This document shows, one piece after another, positions 43,183 through 52,761 of a stretch of 59,942 nt of DNA. A program made the translations under genes and the position numbers. The notes under the pieces were generated by a model. That model searched no databases. It was not told the origin of the DNA and saw only the letters and a list, made by a program, of their open reading frames with translations. Source of the stretch: an uncultured Bacteroidia bacterium (GTDB lineage Bacteria > Bacteroidota > Bacteroidia > J057 > CALLMJ01); the NCBI GenBank assembly GCA_938006875.1, contig CALLMJ010000025.1, forward strand, positions 1-59,942. Direction: 5' to 3'. Each line of letters opens with the position of its first letter. Positions within the stretch are counted from its first letter, which is position 1.

Positions 43183-43863
43183 ATGATAGCTGAAAATATT
43201 AGATTAATTCAAGAAAAAATATTAAATTTTTCCGAGAAATATGGAGTAGAACCTCCTAAATTAATTGCTGTTAGTAAAAATCATTCCATTGAAAATATTC
43301 AAATTGCTTATGATTGTGGGATTAGAGACTTTGGTGAAAACCGTGTTCAAGAGTTGATTAGTAAAGTTCCTCATTTACCTAAAGATATTCATTGGCATTT
43401 GATTGGGAAACTTCAAACAAATAAAGTTAAATATATTGTAGAATTTATTTACATGATTCATTCTTTGGATTCTGAAAAGTTATTAAAAGAAATCCAAAAG
43501 CAAGCAGAAAAGCATCAAAGAGTCATTCAAACTTTGATTCAAATTAATATTTCAAATGAAAATCAAAAAAATGGTTGTTCTTACGAAGAGGCTGAATATT
43601 TATTAAAAGAATTACCTAATTATCCGAATGTTAAAGTTTTAGGATTTATGGGGATTGCAGAAGATATAAATGTTTCTAATGTCATTTTTGAACAATTCCA
43701 AAAATTATGGTATTTTTTTGAAAAATGTAAATCATTACAAAACGAACAGATTTTCATGCAAGAATTAAGCATTGGTATGTCTGGAGATTATGAATTGGCT
43801 ATCAAAGCACATAGCACTATGGTTAGGCTGGGGACAGCTATTTTTGGTAATAGAAAATATTAG
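43183..43863 (+). CDS. yggS: YggS family PLP homeostasis protein
   Basis: LIAVSK, FGENRVQE, WHLIGKLQTNKVK, GMSGDY, RLGTAIFG. Confidence 0.93.
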   Translation: MIAENIRLIQEKILNFSEKYGVEPPKLIAVSKNHSIENIQIAYDCGIRDFGENRVQELISKVPHLPKDIHWHLIGKLQTNKVKYIVEFIYMIHSLDSEKLLKEIQKQAEKHQRVIQTLIQINISNENQKNGCSYEEAEYLLKELPNYPNVKVLGFMGIAEDINVSNVIFEQFQKLWYFFEKCKSLQNEQIFMQELSIGMSGDYELAIKAHSTMVRLGTAIFGNRKY

Positions 43864-43965
43864 AGTTTAAGTAAAATAGAATTTTTCTTAAACAGACTCC
43901 CAACCTTTTTTCATGTCTCAATTTTCTTTATTAAAACCTCTGAAACACCTCTTAAAAAAGGTTGG

Positions 43966-44000
43966 AATTTATTCATCAAAAATGAGTTGATGAATAAATT
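43966..44000. terminator. Hairpin between convergent yggS and ilvE
   Basis: Perfect 14-bp stem AATTTATTCATCAA / TTGATGAATAAATT with a 7-nt loop. Confidence 0.6.
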
Positions 44001-45089
44001 CTATGGATTTACTCGGTTTCCTATTTGAATAACATCATTCCAACCGTATTTGTCTTCAGATTTGCCAGTCCTGATATTATTTAATTGTTCTTTGATTAGG
44101 AACATAAGAGCATTTTCTGAATATGGGGGGAGTTGATATTTTCTGTCATGAATAGTGATAGAACCAATAGGAGCTACAATTGCTGCTGTTCCTGCTCCAA
44201 ATGCTTCTTGAACTTTGTTTTCTTGGAAGAATTTTTCTAATTCTTCAACACTAATTTTTCTTTCTTCTATGGTTATACCCATGTCTTTTGCTAGGGTAAT
44301 TATAGAATCTCTGGTTACACCGTCTAAAATGGAGTCTGTTAAAGCTGGGGTAACTAATTTACCATCAATTACAAACATAACATTCATGGTTCCAGATTCT
44401 TCAACGAATTGGTGAGTAGAGGCATCTGTCCATAAAACTTGGTCAAAACCATTTTGGATAGCAAGAGCAGTAGGATAAAAAGCACCACCGTAATTTCCAC
44501 CACATTTCGCTGTTCCTGTACCACCAGAGGCAGCTCTGGAATAATGAGTTTCTACGTATAAATTTAAAGGTTTTGAATAATATTGCTTTGCAGGAGAACC
44601 TACAATCATAAATAAAAAATGCTCAGCAACTTTTACACGAACCCTATCTTCATAAGCAATCATGAAAGGTCTTAAATATAATGAGCTATCCTCAGCAGAA
44701 GGAACCCAAGCTTCATCAATCATTAAATATGTGTGCAGACCTTCTTGAAAAACTTCAAAGGGTATTTCAGCCATTGCCATTCTTTTTAAGGATTTATTAA
44801 AACGTTCCCAATGCTTTTTTACCCGGAAAACAGAAATATTTCCATCTTGCATTCTGTATGCTTTCATTCCTTCAAATACCGTTTGACCATAGTGCAATGA
44901 TAAGTTAAAAGGACTAATTTGTAAAGGTTGAAAGGGTTCTACTCTAAAATTAGACCAATTTTTTTGATGGTATTCCGCAACAAACATGTGATCCGTTGGA
45001 GTTTTTCCAAATTCAGCGGTATCTAAATTAAATTCATGAAGTTTTGAAGATAAATTTTTTTGGATTTTGATATTCAGGGTATTTCTCAT
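44001..45089 (-). CDS. ilvE: Branched-chain amino acid aminotransferase
   Basis: LHYGQTVFEGMKAY, LYLRPF, KCGGNY, ESGTMN, ILDGVTR, GTAA. Start moved to MRNTL. Confidence 0.95.
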   Translation of the reverse strand: MRNTLNIKIQKNLSSKLHEFNLDTAEFGKTPTDHMFVAEYHQKNWSNFRVEPFQPLQISPFNLSLHYGQTVFEGMKAYRMQDGNISVFRVKKHWERFNKSLKRMAMAEIPFEVFQEGLHTYLMIDEAWVPSAEDSSLYLRPFMIAYEDRVRVKVAEHFLFMIVGSPAKQYYSKPLNLYVETHYSRAASGGTGTAKCGGNYGGAFYPTALAIQNGFDQVLWTDASTHQFVEESGTMNVMFVIDGKLVTPALTDSILDGVTRDSIITLAKDMGITIEERKISVEELEKFFQENKVQEAFGAGTAAIVAPIGSITIHDRKYQLPPYSENALMFLIKEQLNNIRTGKSEDKYGWNDVIQIGNRVNP

Positions 45090-45169
45090 AATAAAAAAAT
45101 TTGTGATTGAATGATATTGCAAAGCTATATACAAAATTTGTAAATTACAAGAAATAAAAGAATTTTAAA

Positions 45170-46702
45170 CTAAGGCTTTGAATAGTCATAAATAAAATTG
45201 GATAAATCAGGATAATTTTTGGGTCTTTTTCTTTCATAATCTAAAATTTTATTTCCTAATTCTTTCAGGAAAGGTAAACCTAAATTAAAATAGTCATAGC
45301 GATCGTCACCAATAATTTGATTTTCATTAACATAAACAGTTGCACTTAAAAAAAATTCCGCTTTTTTCTCAAAATCTATAATATAAGCTACATCCGTCAA
45401 AAAACCGACAGCCATTCCTACTTTATTGAAAATGCGAATATTAGGAATTGTGTCTTTGCCTTGTCCACCGTAAATAAAATATTTCATTCGTCCATTTTCA
45501 TAATAACTGAATTGTTTTTTGTTTAAGTCAGGGTCTTTACTTTCTGAGGGATACATGGACATATATTTACGTATTAAGTTATATTCTTCTTGTTTGAGTT
45601 TAAAACGTTTGGTTTTGGGTAAAGTATTGGGCATTATAATGGCAATCAGCATTTCATGTAAATCTTTTAAGGAAATGTAAGAATATTTATGTGGTTCTAA
45701 CCCACCTTGTACAGCAGTGTAACCGTTCCAAGAAAATTTGCCAATTTTATCCGTTTTTACATGGGGTAGAGCATAAGAAGAGTCACAAACTGTTGCGGGT
45801 TGTTGATAAATAACAGAATCATAGTGGTAAAATTTGATAGGATTGATGTATTTATGTTCTTCAATTTTGCAATACGTAAAAAGCCTTTGAATGATACGAG
45901 TAGATTTATAGCCTCTTGCACGCAAAGTATCATTGATGTAATAGGGTGTAAGAAACTCAAAAAGTCTATCATAGCCCGGATTATCTGAAATAAGGAAAAT
46001 TTTTTTAATGTAACCTTTGATGGTAGGAATACCTGAAGCCATATCAGGGTCTTTGGTTACAGGATCCATTTGGCAATATCGGCTTTTTTCATTTACGATT
46101 TTGGTATCCCAGTTCAAGTTAGGAATATTTAAATTTTTAAGTTTTTCTAAGGCTAAAGCAGTTACAGGCATTTTTAAGCAAGATGCTGGATAAAAGTATT
46201 CTGTGGTATCTAAACGGTAAATGTGGTGAGTAAGTTTGGGTATATTTTTGGAATTTCTATCAATTTGAGTGTAAATAAGTTGAAAACGATATTTTTCAGG
46301 ATTTTGTAAAATTTTTTGAAATTCTGGGGAAAGGTTTTTAAAAAGACTATCCAATAAAGGGGATTTTTTGTCAGGGAAAGTTGGGTATTCTTTTGGATTT
46401 TGGGAGTTATTAGAAGGATTTTTGGTGTTTTTCAGGTTTTGAGTTTTAGATTGATTTTTGATGTTTTGGGGGTAGGAATATAAATGAAAAAATGTAATCA
46501 AAACGAAAAGAAGTAAGGCTTTTGGGCACTGCCTTTGAACGAAGCGAAAAGAATTGTGATATATTGACCTTGCCGAAATGCTGAAACGAAGTGAAACCAG
46601 TATCAGCCTGACTCGCAGCGTAGCATAGCATATCAAGAGACAAGCCCAAATTAAAGGTCTTATTCGTTTGGCTAAAGGAAAATTTGTGTTATTAGGCTTC
46701 AT
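45170..46702 (-). CDS. Secreted serine hydrolase, class A beta-lactamase-like fold; repeat copy D lies in-frame in the N-terminus
   Basis: YPASCLK (SxxK), SDN and NKVG motifs; hydrophobic h-region ALLLFVLITFF. Confidence 0.75.
   Translation of the reverse strand: MKPNNTNFPLAKRIRPLIWACLLICYATLRVRLILVSLRFSISARSIYHNSFRFVQRQCPKALLLFVLITFFHLYSYPQNIKNQSKTQNLKNTKNPSNNSQNPKEYPTFPDKKSPLLDSLFKNLSPEFQKILQNPEKYRFQLIYTQIDRNSKNIPKLTHHIYRLDTTEYFYPASCLKMPVTALALEKLKNLNIPNLNWDTKIVNEKSRYCQMDPVTKDPDMASGIPTIKGYIKKIFLISDNPGYDRLFEFLTPYYINDTLRARGYKSTRIIQRLFTYCKIEEHKYINPIKFYHYDSVIYQQPATVCDSSYALPHVKTDKIGKFSWNGYTAVQGGLEPHKYSYISLKDLHEMLIAIIMPNTLPKTKRFKLKQEEYNLIRKYMSMYPSESKDPDLNKKQFSYYENGRMKYFIYGGQGKDTIPNIRIFNKVGMAVGFLTDVAYIIDFEKKAEFFLSATVYVNENQIIGDDRYDYFNLGLPFLKELGNKILDYERKRPKNYPDLSNFIYDYSKP
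46524..46647 (-). repeat. Dispersed repeat, copy D (inside the 46702 ORF)
   Basis: Minus strand reads GGGCTTGTCTCTTG..CAGCATTTCGGCAAGGTCAATATATCACAATTCTTTTCGCTTCGTTCAAAGGCAGTGCCC. Confidence 0.8.
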
Positions 46703-46748
46703 GATTTACAAAAATAGAGAATTTATAGAATGAATATGAGATTTTTTA

Positions 46749-46913
46749 TACACCTCAAAAGAAAATCGTAATATTTTGAAATCATAAGGATTGAATTCAG
46801 GAATTATGCATAAAAAAGAAAAAATCAAGAAAATAAGTACATGGACAAAGAGGTTCAATGAAAGGTATGTGATAGAAAGGAAAAACCCAAACACATACAA
46901 AACACGTTTATAG
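46749..46913 (+). pseudogene. IS5-family (IS1106-like) transposase remnant
   Basis: Manual translation YTSKENRNILKS*GLNSGIMHKKEKIKKISTWTKRFNERYVIER follows the pattern Y.S.ENR..L....L..GIM.K...N..RYV(V/I)E of IS5-subgroup transposases, recalled from memory. Internal TAA at 46785-46787. Confidence 0.55.
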
Positions 46914-47209
46914 GCTTTCTGTGCTCTTGATGAGAAGAAACGCGATTTACCTGCATAATACAAGAAAAAATTCCCTAATTTCTGGTAATTTTTCTAATAT
47001 TCCTGATTTAAACAAAAAAATACTCAGAAAAAAATTTCCGAGTTTTACAACGGACTTAACACATATGTAAACCTATAAAAACTTTTGATTCTACGAAATT
47101 GAATTCACCCAAATAAATATAAAAATTTAAAGGTTTTTATTTCATCTTGGTTTGATGTATTTTTGTGTTTATTGCTTCTTAAAGAAGTGAATTTATAAAA
47201 AATTGATTT

Positions 47210-47863
47210 ATGCTAAAAGCTGAAAATATTACCAAAAAATATGGAGATTTAACCGTTTTAAATGATGTAAGTTTAGAAGTTCAAAAAGCGGAGATGGTGT
47301 GTTTATTGGGTTATTCTGGTGCTGGGAAAAGTACTTTATTGCATATATTGGGGACATTAGATGAACCTAATTCTGGTTCTATATTTTTTCATCAACAAAC
47401 TGTTCATCAGTGGAATGAAAATCAAAAATCTCAATATAGAAACGAAAGTTTAGGATTTGTTTTTCAATTTCATCATTTATTGGAAGAATTTCAAGCGATT
47501 GAGAATGTTGCTATACCCGCAATGATTAAAGGTATACCCCAAAAACAAGCCTTTGAAGAAGCAAAAAAAATTTTGATTCGAGTAGGTTTAAAAGAAAGAT
47601 TACATCATTTACCCTCGCAATTATCTGGGGGAGAACAACAAAGAGTTGCCGTAGCAAGAGCTTTAATCAATAAACCGGAAATCATTTTAGCCGATGAACC
47701 TACTGGAAATTTGGATTCTTATCATACCGATGAACTTTTTAATCTATTTTTAGAACTCAATCAAGAATATCAAATTGCATTTTTAATAGCTACTCATAAT
47801 TTAAAATTGCCTGAACTTGCTCATAGAACCTTAAAAATTCAAAAAGGAAAAATTGTAGAGTAA
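47210..47863 (+). CDS. lolD: ABC transporter ATPase, LolD-like
   Basis: GYSGAGKSTLLHILGTLD, GFVFQFHHLL, LSGGEQQRVA, ADEPTGNLD. Confidence 0.8.
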   Translation: MLKAENITKKYGDLTVLNDVSLEVQKAEMVCLLGYSGAGKSTLLHILGTLDEPNSGSIFFHQQTVHQWNENQKSQYRNESLGFVFQFHHLLEEFQAIENVAIPAMIKGIPQKQAFEEAKKILIRVGLKERLHHLPSQLSGGEQQRVAVARALINKPEIILADEPTGNLDSYHTDELFNLFLELNQEYQIAFLIATHNLKLPELAHRTLKIQKGKIVE

Positions 47864-47912
47864 TTTCAAAGAATGATTTTTAAATTTTATAATCCGTATA
47901 TAATTTTGTAGC

Positions 47913-49484
47913 ATGGAAAAAGAATCCGTTGCTGTTATTGATATTGGTACCAATACTTTTCATTTGCTTATTACAGAAGTAAACTCGGAAGGTGAATTTT
48001 ATGTAAAACATAAATTTAAAGAAATGGTCAAATTAGGAGAAGGAGGTATTGACACCGATATTATTACTGAGGCTGCTTTTCAAAGAGGTTTAAATGCTTT
48101 AAAGGTTTTTTCTCAATATATTCAACAACACAAATGCAATCGCATCATAGCTTTTGCAACCTCAGCAATTAGAACAGCAAAAAATGGAAAAGATTTTATC
48201 AATAAAGTTTATGAACAAACTGGTATTGAAATTAAAGTAATCAATGGAAATGAAGAAGCCGCTTTAATTTATGAAGGAGTAAGAAATGGAATACAACTAT
48301 CGAACCAAGAACCTGTTTTAATTATGGACATCGGCGGAGGTTCCGTAGAATTTATTGTTGCTAATAGTTTACATCCTTTGTTATTAAGAAGCTTAAAATT
48401 AGGAGCTTCTCGTATTTACGAAACCTTTAAACCTTCTGACCCAATGACCCCTCAACAAATTACCTTAATAGAAAATTTTTATTATCAAGAACTCAAATCT
48501 TTGTTTGAAGAAGTCAAAGAATTTAATATAAAAAAAATTATTGGTACAAGTGGAGCATTTGAAACACTAGCAACTATGATTGCTTACCAAAATGGTGATA
48601 ATTTATCTGCCTCTGGAAATATTAATGGTTATCGATTTTATTCTGAACAATTTTCTAATGTTTTCCAACTATTAATAAATTCTAATCGAGAACAAAGATT
48701 ACAAATTCAAGGTATGGATAAACAAAGAGTAGATTTAATCAATGTTGCCGCTTTGTTGATTGCTACTGTACAAAAACATTTGAATATTGAACAATTTATT
48801 GTTTCTAATTACGCATTAAAAGATGGCATTTTTTATACTCATTTGGGTTCAAAAGTTCATGGAATAGGGGCTTCCTCCGCAAATGAAAAATCTTTAAGAG
48901 ATAAATCAGTTTCCAATTTGTGCAAAAAATATAATTGTGTTGAACAACATACAAACAAAGTTCTTCAAATTGCATTATCTTTATTTGAACAAACCAAAGA
49001 ACTGCATTGGTATGGAGATTTAGAGAAAGAGTTGCTAACTCATTCTGCTTTATTACATGATGTTGGGTATTTTATACATCGCTCTGGGCATCATAAGCAC
49101 GGGCAATATATTATTATGAACTCCCAATTACCAGGTTTTTCTAATGATGAATTGTTATTAATTGGGAATATTGTTCGTTATCATAGAAAAAGTTTACCTT
49201 CTAAAGAACATCCTTACTATAATGTTTTAACTCCTGAACATAAAACCATGGTAAAAAAATTAGCTTCCTTTTTAAGGTTAGCTGACCATTTAGACAAAGG
49301 GCATCGTGGCTTAGTACAAAAATTAATGGTTCATTGCACTCCCCAAATGGTTCATATTGATGTGATTGCTAATGAAGATATTTCTCCAGAATTAGAAGCC
49401 GCAAATAAAGAAAAAGCACTTTTTGAAGATGCTTTTAAAGTGAAATTAACGCTTCAAGCCATTACTCAAAACGTAAATGTTTAA
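47913..49484 (+). CDS. ppx: Ppx/GppA phosphatase with C-terminal HD domain
   Basis: IDIGTNT, ATSAIR, NEEA, DIGGGSVE, LLHDVG, HHKH. Confidence 0.88.
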   Translation: MEKESVAVIDIGTNTFHLLITEVNSEGEFYVKHKFKEMVKLGEGGIDTDIITEAAFQRGLNALKVFSQYIQQHKCNRIIAFATSAIRTAKNGKDFINKVYEQTGIEIKVINGNEEAALIYEGVRNGIQLSNQEPVLIMDIGGGSVEFIVANSLHPLLLRSLKLGASRIYETFKPSDPMTPQQITLIENFYYQELKSLFEEVKEFNIKKIIGTSGAFETLATMIAYQNGDNLSASGNINGYRFYSEQFSNVFQLLINSNREQRLQIQGMDKQRVDLINVAALLIATVQKHLNIEQFIVSNYALKDGIFYTHLGSKVHGIGASSANEKSLRDKSVSNLCKKYNCVEQHTNKVLQIALSLFEQTKELHWYGDLEKELLTHSALLHDVGYFIHRSGHHKHGQYIIMNSQLPGFSNDELLLIGNIVRYHRKSLPSKEHPYYNVLTPEHKTMVKKLASFLRLADHLDKGHRGLVQKLMVHCTPQMVHIDVIANEDISPELEAANKEKALFEDAFKVKLTLQAITQNVNV

Positions 49485-49487
49485 TTC

Positions 49488-50186
49488 ATGCGTATTGATA
49501 TTTTAAGTTGTGTACCCGATTTATTGCATAGCCCATTAAATCATAGCATTTTAAAAAGAGCTCAACAAAAAAAATTATTAGAAGTTTTTGTACATAATTT
49601 AAGAGATTATAGTTTAGATAAACATAAAAGCGTAGATGATTACCCATTTGGTGGCGGTGCAGGTATGGTTTTGACGGCTCCTCCCTTAGCTCATGCCATA
49701 AATTCCTTATGCCAAAATATTCTTTATGACGAAATTATCTTTTTAACTCCAGACGGTGAAACCTTTAATCAAAAAATGGCTAATCAGCTTTCCTTAAAAC
49801 AAAATCTGTTGTTAATAGCTGGTCATTATAAAGGAATTGACCAAAGAATTAGAGATAAGTATATCACCAAAGAAATTTCTATTGGAGATTATGTTTTATC
49901 AGGCGGGGAACTACCTGCTTTAATTCTGGTTGATGCTATTGGTAGATTAATACCCGGTGTCCTTGGAGATGAAACTTCTGCTTTATCCGACTCCTTCCAA
50001 AATATTTTATTAGATGCTCCTTGTTATACAAGACCTGCTATTTTTGAAGGTTTAAAAGTCCCTGAAATTTTATTATCCGGAGACCATCAAAAAATTGAAG
50101 AATGGAGATTAAACCAATCTATTGAAAAAACCCAAAAGTTAAGACCCGATTTATATGCTGAATGGGAAAAGTCCGAGTTGTCCTAA
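49488..50186 (+). CDS. trmD: tRNA (guanine-N1)-methyltransferase
   Basis: DDYPFGGGAGM, GHYKGIDQR, SIGDYVLSGGE, YTRP, LSGDH. Confidence 0.97.
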   Translation: MRIDILSCVPDLLHSPLNHSILKRAQQKKLLEVFVHNLRDYSLDKHKSVDDYPFGGGAGMVLTAPPLAHAINSLCQNILYDEIIFLTPDGETFNQKMANQLSLKQNLLLIAGHYKGIDQRIRDKYITKEISIGDYVLSGGELPALILVDAIGRLIPGVLGDETSALSDSFQNILLDAPCYTRPAIFEGLKVPEILLSGDHQKIEEWRLNQSIEKTQKLRPDLYAEWEKSELS

Positions 50187-50236
50187 AAGATTAATTTAAA
50201 TCTAAAATTTTGTATATTTGTAAAGTTATTGTATGT

Positions 50237-51193
50237 ATGATTAAATTTATTTTGAGGTTATTCTTTGGGCTTTTCGGTTTAACAGTTTATTCACAAGATA
50301 GCATTTTTAAAAATAACAATGAAATTATTCAATCCAAGATTTTGGAAGTAAATGAAAAGGATATAAAATACAAACTATTTCATGAACCCGAAGGACCTTT
50401 ATTTATTTTGCCTATTACACAAATCAAAAAAATCCAACTTCAAGGTGGTACTGTAATTCAATTTAATAACAAAAAAAATAATAAAGAAGAAGAATTTCAG
50501 GAACTCACTGATAAAGAAAAACTTATTTTAGAAAAGCAAAAAGCGGTAATGATTGATTTTTTTTCACCTGTTTTTGGTCATGCGGGAGGAGGTTATCAGT
50601 GGTTATTAAATCCCAAAATGATTGGTCAAGTGAAAGTTGGATATATTGGAATTAGTAGTAGTAATGATAGCCTTGATAGAGAAGTATTTACCCAGTACGG
50701 TCTTTATGTTTCGCCATCAATAAAGTTAAAAACAGATTTGGATTTTTTGAAATATGGTTTGATTGCTATCAATCCAATTATTGGGGTTGCTGCTTTGTTG
50801 TTAAATAAAAACAAAAAGAAACTTATGCACCCTTTGAATACTTCTTACATAAAACCACAACTTTCCTTAGCCTATAAAAGAACTACCGAAACTGTTTTTA
50901 TTTCTAACCCACCGGGCGTTTTTCCTCAACATGTAAACAGAAAAGCTGACTTTAATAATTATAGTGCTGCCATCAATGTCTGTTTTGGTCAACAAATTTT
51001 AATTGCGGATTTTTTATTATTTGATTACTTTTTGGGTATGGGTTATGGTTTTTATACAAAACAAATTGTAAGTGGGTTGGGTACACCCATTAATGACGGT
51101 TTTGATTATTTTCATAGTCATATTATTATTAGAACCAATTCTATTCCTTTAACTCTTACTGGAGGATTTAGTTTCGGAATTTTAATGAAATAA
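50237..51193 (+). CDS. Hypothetical secreted/outer-membrane protein
   Basis: Signal peptide ending SQ, QDSI..NN..I..KI.EV....IKYK N-terminal module, beta-strand-rich C-terminus ending GFSFG. TATATTTG at 50213-50220. Confidence 0.65.
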   Translation: MIKFILRLFFGLFGLTVYSQDSIFKNNNEIIQSKILEVNEKDIKYKLFHEPEGPLFILPITQIKKIQLQGGTVIQFNNKKNNKEEEFQELTDKEKLILEKQKAVMIDFFSPVFGHAGGGYQWLLNPKMIGQVKVGYIGISSSNDSLDREVFTQYGLYVSPSIKLKTDLDFLKYGLIAINPIIGVAALLLNKNKKKLMHPLNTSYIKPQLSLAYKRTTETVFISNPPGVFPQHVNRKADFNNYSAAINVCFGQQILIADFLLFDYFLGMGYGFYTKQIVSGLGTPINDGFDYFHSHIIIRTNSIPLTLTGGFSFGILMK

Positions 51194-52660
51194 TTAAGGT
51201 GGATAAGCTAAACATTTTCTTACTTCATCAAAATCTTGTTCACTATCTGCAAGAACCATCAATACATCATTGGCTTTAATTACTGTTGAACCACCGGGAC
51301 GTATAAATTCATCATTCCTTTTAATCATGATAATAAAAGCAGATTTTGGAAAATTCAAATCTACAATTTTTTTGTTTATAGAATAATCATGAGGTTGAAC
51401 TGTAATTTCTTGTAGTAAATGTTTGGGTAAATCAAAGAAAAGTTGGTCAATTTCGGTTAAGGGTTTATTGGGGTCTGGAGTAGCTAATTTTAACCATTTT
51501 GCAATTAAGCCAAGCGTAGTGCCTTGAATTAAAACAGATGTTACGGAAATAAAAAATACAATATTAAAAATGCTGTGGGATTTTTCTATTCCAGCTAAAA
51601 GCGGATAAGTAGCAAACACTATAGGTACTGCACCTCTAAATCCCACCCAACCTATAAAAATTTTGGTTTTCCAGTCTAATTTAAAAAGTGATAAAGCGAA
51701 AAAAACACTTAATGGTCTTGCAATAAAAATTAAAAATAAAGAAATCATGATTCCAATACTTATATAATTAACCATCTGAGAAGGAAAAACGAGTAACCCT
51801 AAGGTTAAAAACAAAACAATTTGCATCAGCCATGCCATCCCATCATACATTTTGATAATGGTTTTTTTATGAATTAGTTCTTGATTTCCCAGATAAACAG
51901 AACTTAAATAAATTGCTAAGAAACCATTTCCACCCATAAAATCTGTGGAAGAAAAAGTCATAAACATTAAAGCTATACATAAAACAGGGTATAAACCTTC
52001 AAAATCTAAACGAATATTGTTAATAATCCATTTACTTAATTTCCCCCAAACTAAACCCAAAATTGTACCTAAAATCATTTGTTTTAGAAATAATGGGATG
52101 ATTGAAAAGATGTTTTTTTCAGGGAATTGGATTAAAGACAAGAAAGCAATTGTCAAAACATAAGCCATGGGGTCATTACTACCACTTTCAAGTTCTAAAA
52201 TGGGTCTAATATTATTTTTAAGAGTTAAATTTTTAGAACGAAGTATAGAAAAAACAGCGGCAGCATCGGTAGAAGAAACAATTGCTCCTAATAACATACT
52301 TTCATAAAAATTAAAATCGGTTACAGTATTCACAAATACACCTACTAAAGTAGCAGTGAATAACACACCCAAGGTAGACAAAGCAATCCCTTTTTTCCAT
52401 ATCGGTTTAATAGAATTTAAGTTTGTTTCTAAACCACCAGAAAAAAGAATAAAATTCAAAGAAACTATTCCAATAAATTGAGCAAATTTGGGATTATCAA
52501 AATAAATTCCACCAATTCCATCAGAACCCGCTAACATCCCAACCGTTAAAAATAACAATAAAGTAGGGACACCAAATTTATAAGAAGTTTTTCCAGCTAT
52601 AATACTCAAAAACAAAAGTATGGAACCAATAAAAAGTATATTTTCAGTAGAAAGAGTCAT
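51194..52660 (-). CDS. nhaP2: K+/H+ antiporter NhaP2/CvrA (CPA1 + RCK-C)
   Basis: ILFSGGL, STDAAAVFS, LELESGSNDPMA, GFRGAVPI; C-terminal RCK-C domain. Confidence 0.9.
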   Translation of the reverse strand: MTLSTENILFIGSILLFLSIIAGKTSYKFGVPTLLLFLTVGMLAGSDGIGGIYFDNPKFAQFIGIVSLNFILFSGGLETNLNSIKPIWKKGIALSTLGVLFTATLVGVFVNTVTDFNFYESMLLGAIVSSTDAAAVFSILRSKNLTLKNNIRPILELESGSNDPMAYVLTIAFLSLIQFPEKNIFSIIPLFLKQMILGTILGLVWGKLSKWIINNIRLDFEGLYPVLCIALMFMTFSSTDFMGGNGFLAIYLSSVYLGNQELIHKKTIIKMYDGMAWLMQIVLFLTLGLLVFPSQMVNYISIGIMISLFLIFIARPLSVFFALSLFKLDWKTKIFIGWVGFRGAVPIVFATYPLLAGIEKSHSIFNIVFFISVTSVLIQGTTLGLIAKWLKLATPDPNKPLTEIDQLFFDLPKHLLQEITVQPHDYSINKKIVDLNFPKSAFIIMIKRNDEFIRPGGSTVIKANDVLMVLADSEQDFDEVRKCLAYPP

Positions 52661-52761
52661 GAAGTTTTGAATTGAAATACAAAATAAACAAAATTAGAAG
52701 ATTATTTTCTTCCATTTACTTCACAAAAATATTTGATTAAGTTCAGAGTCAAATAGCAATT

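Noticed and set aside
26733-46647. Repeat copies as a CRISPR array
   Set aside because: Copies are kilobases apart, degenerate and in both orientations, with no spacer periodicity and no cas genes.
45170-46702. Beta-lactam resistance gene
   Set aside because: SxxK/SDN/KVG only place it in the beta-lactamase-like serine hydrolase superfamily; no evidence of beta-lactamase activity.
46706-46963. 85-aa hydrophobic ORF on the minus strand
   Set aside because: It is the antisense of the A-rich transposase remnant, has a TTG start and no motif.
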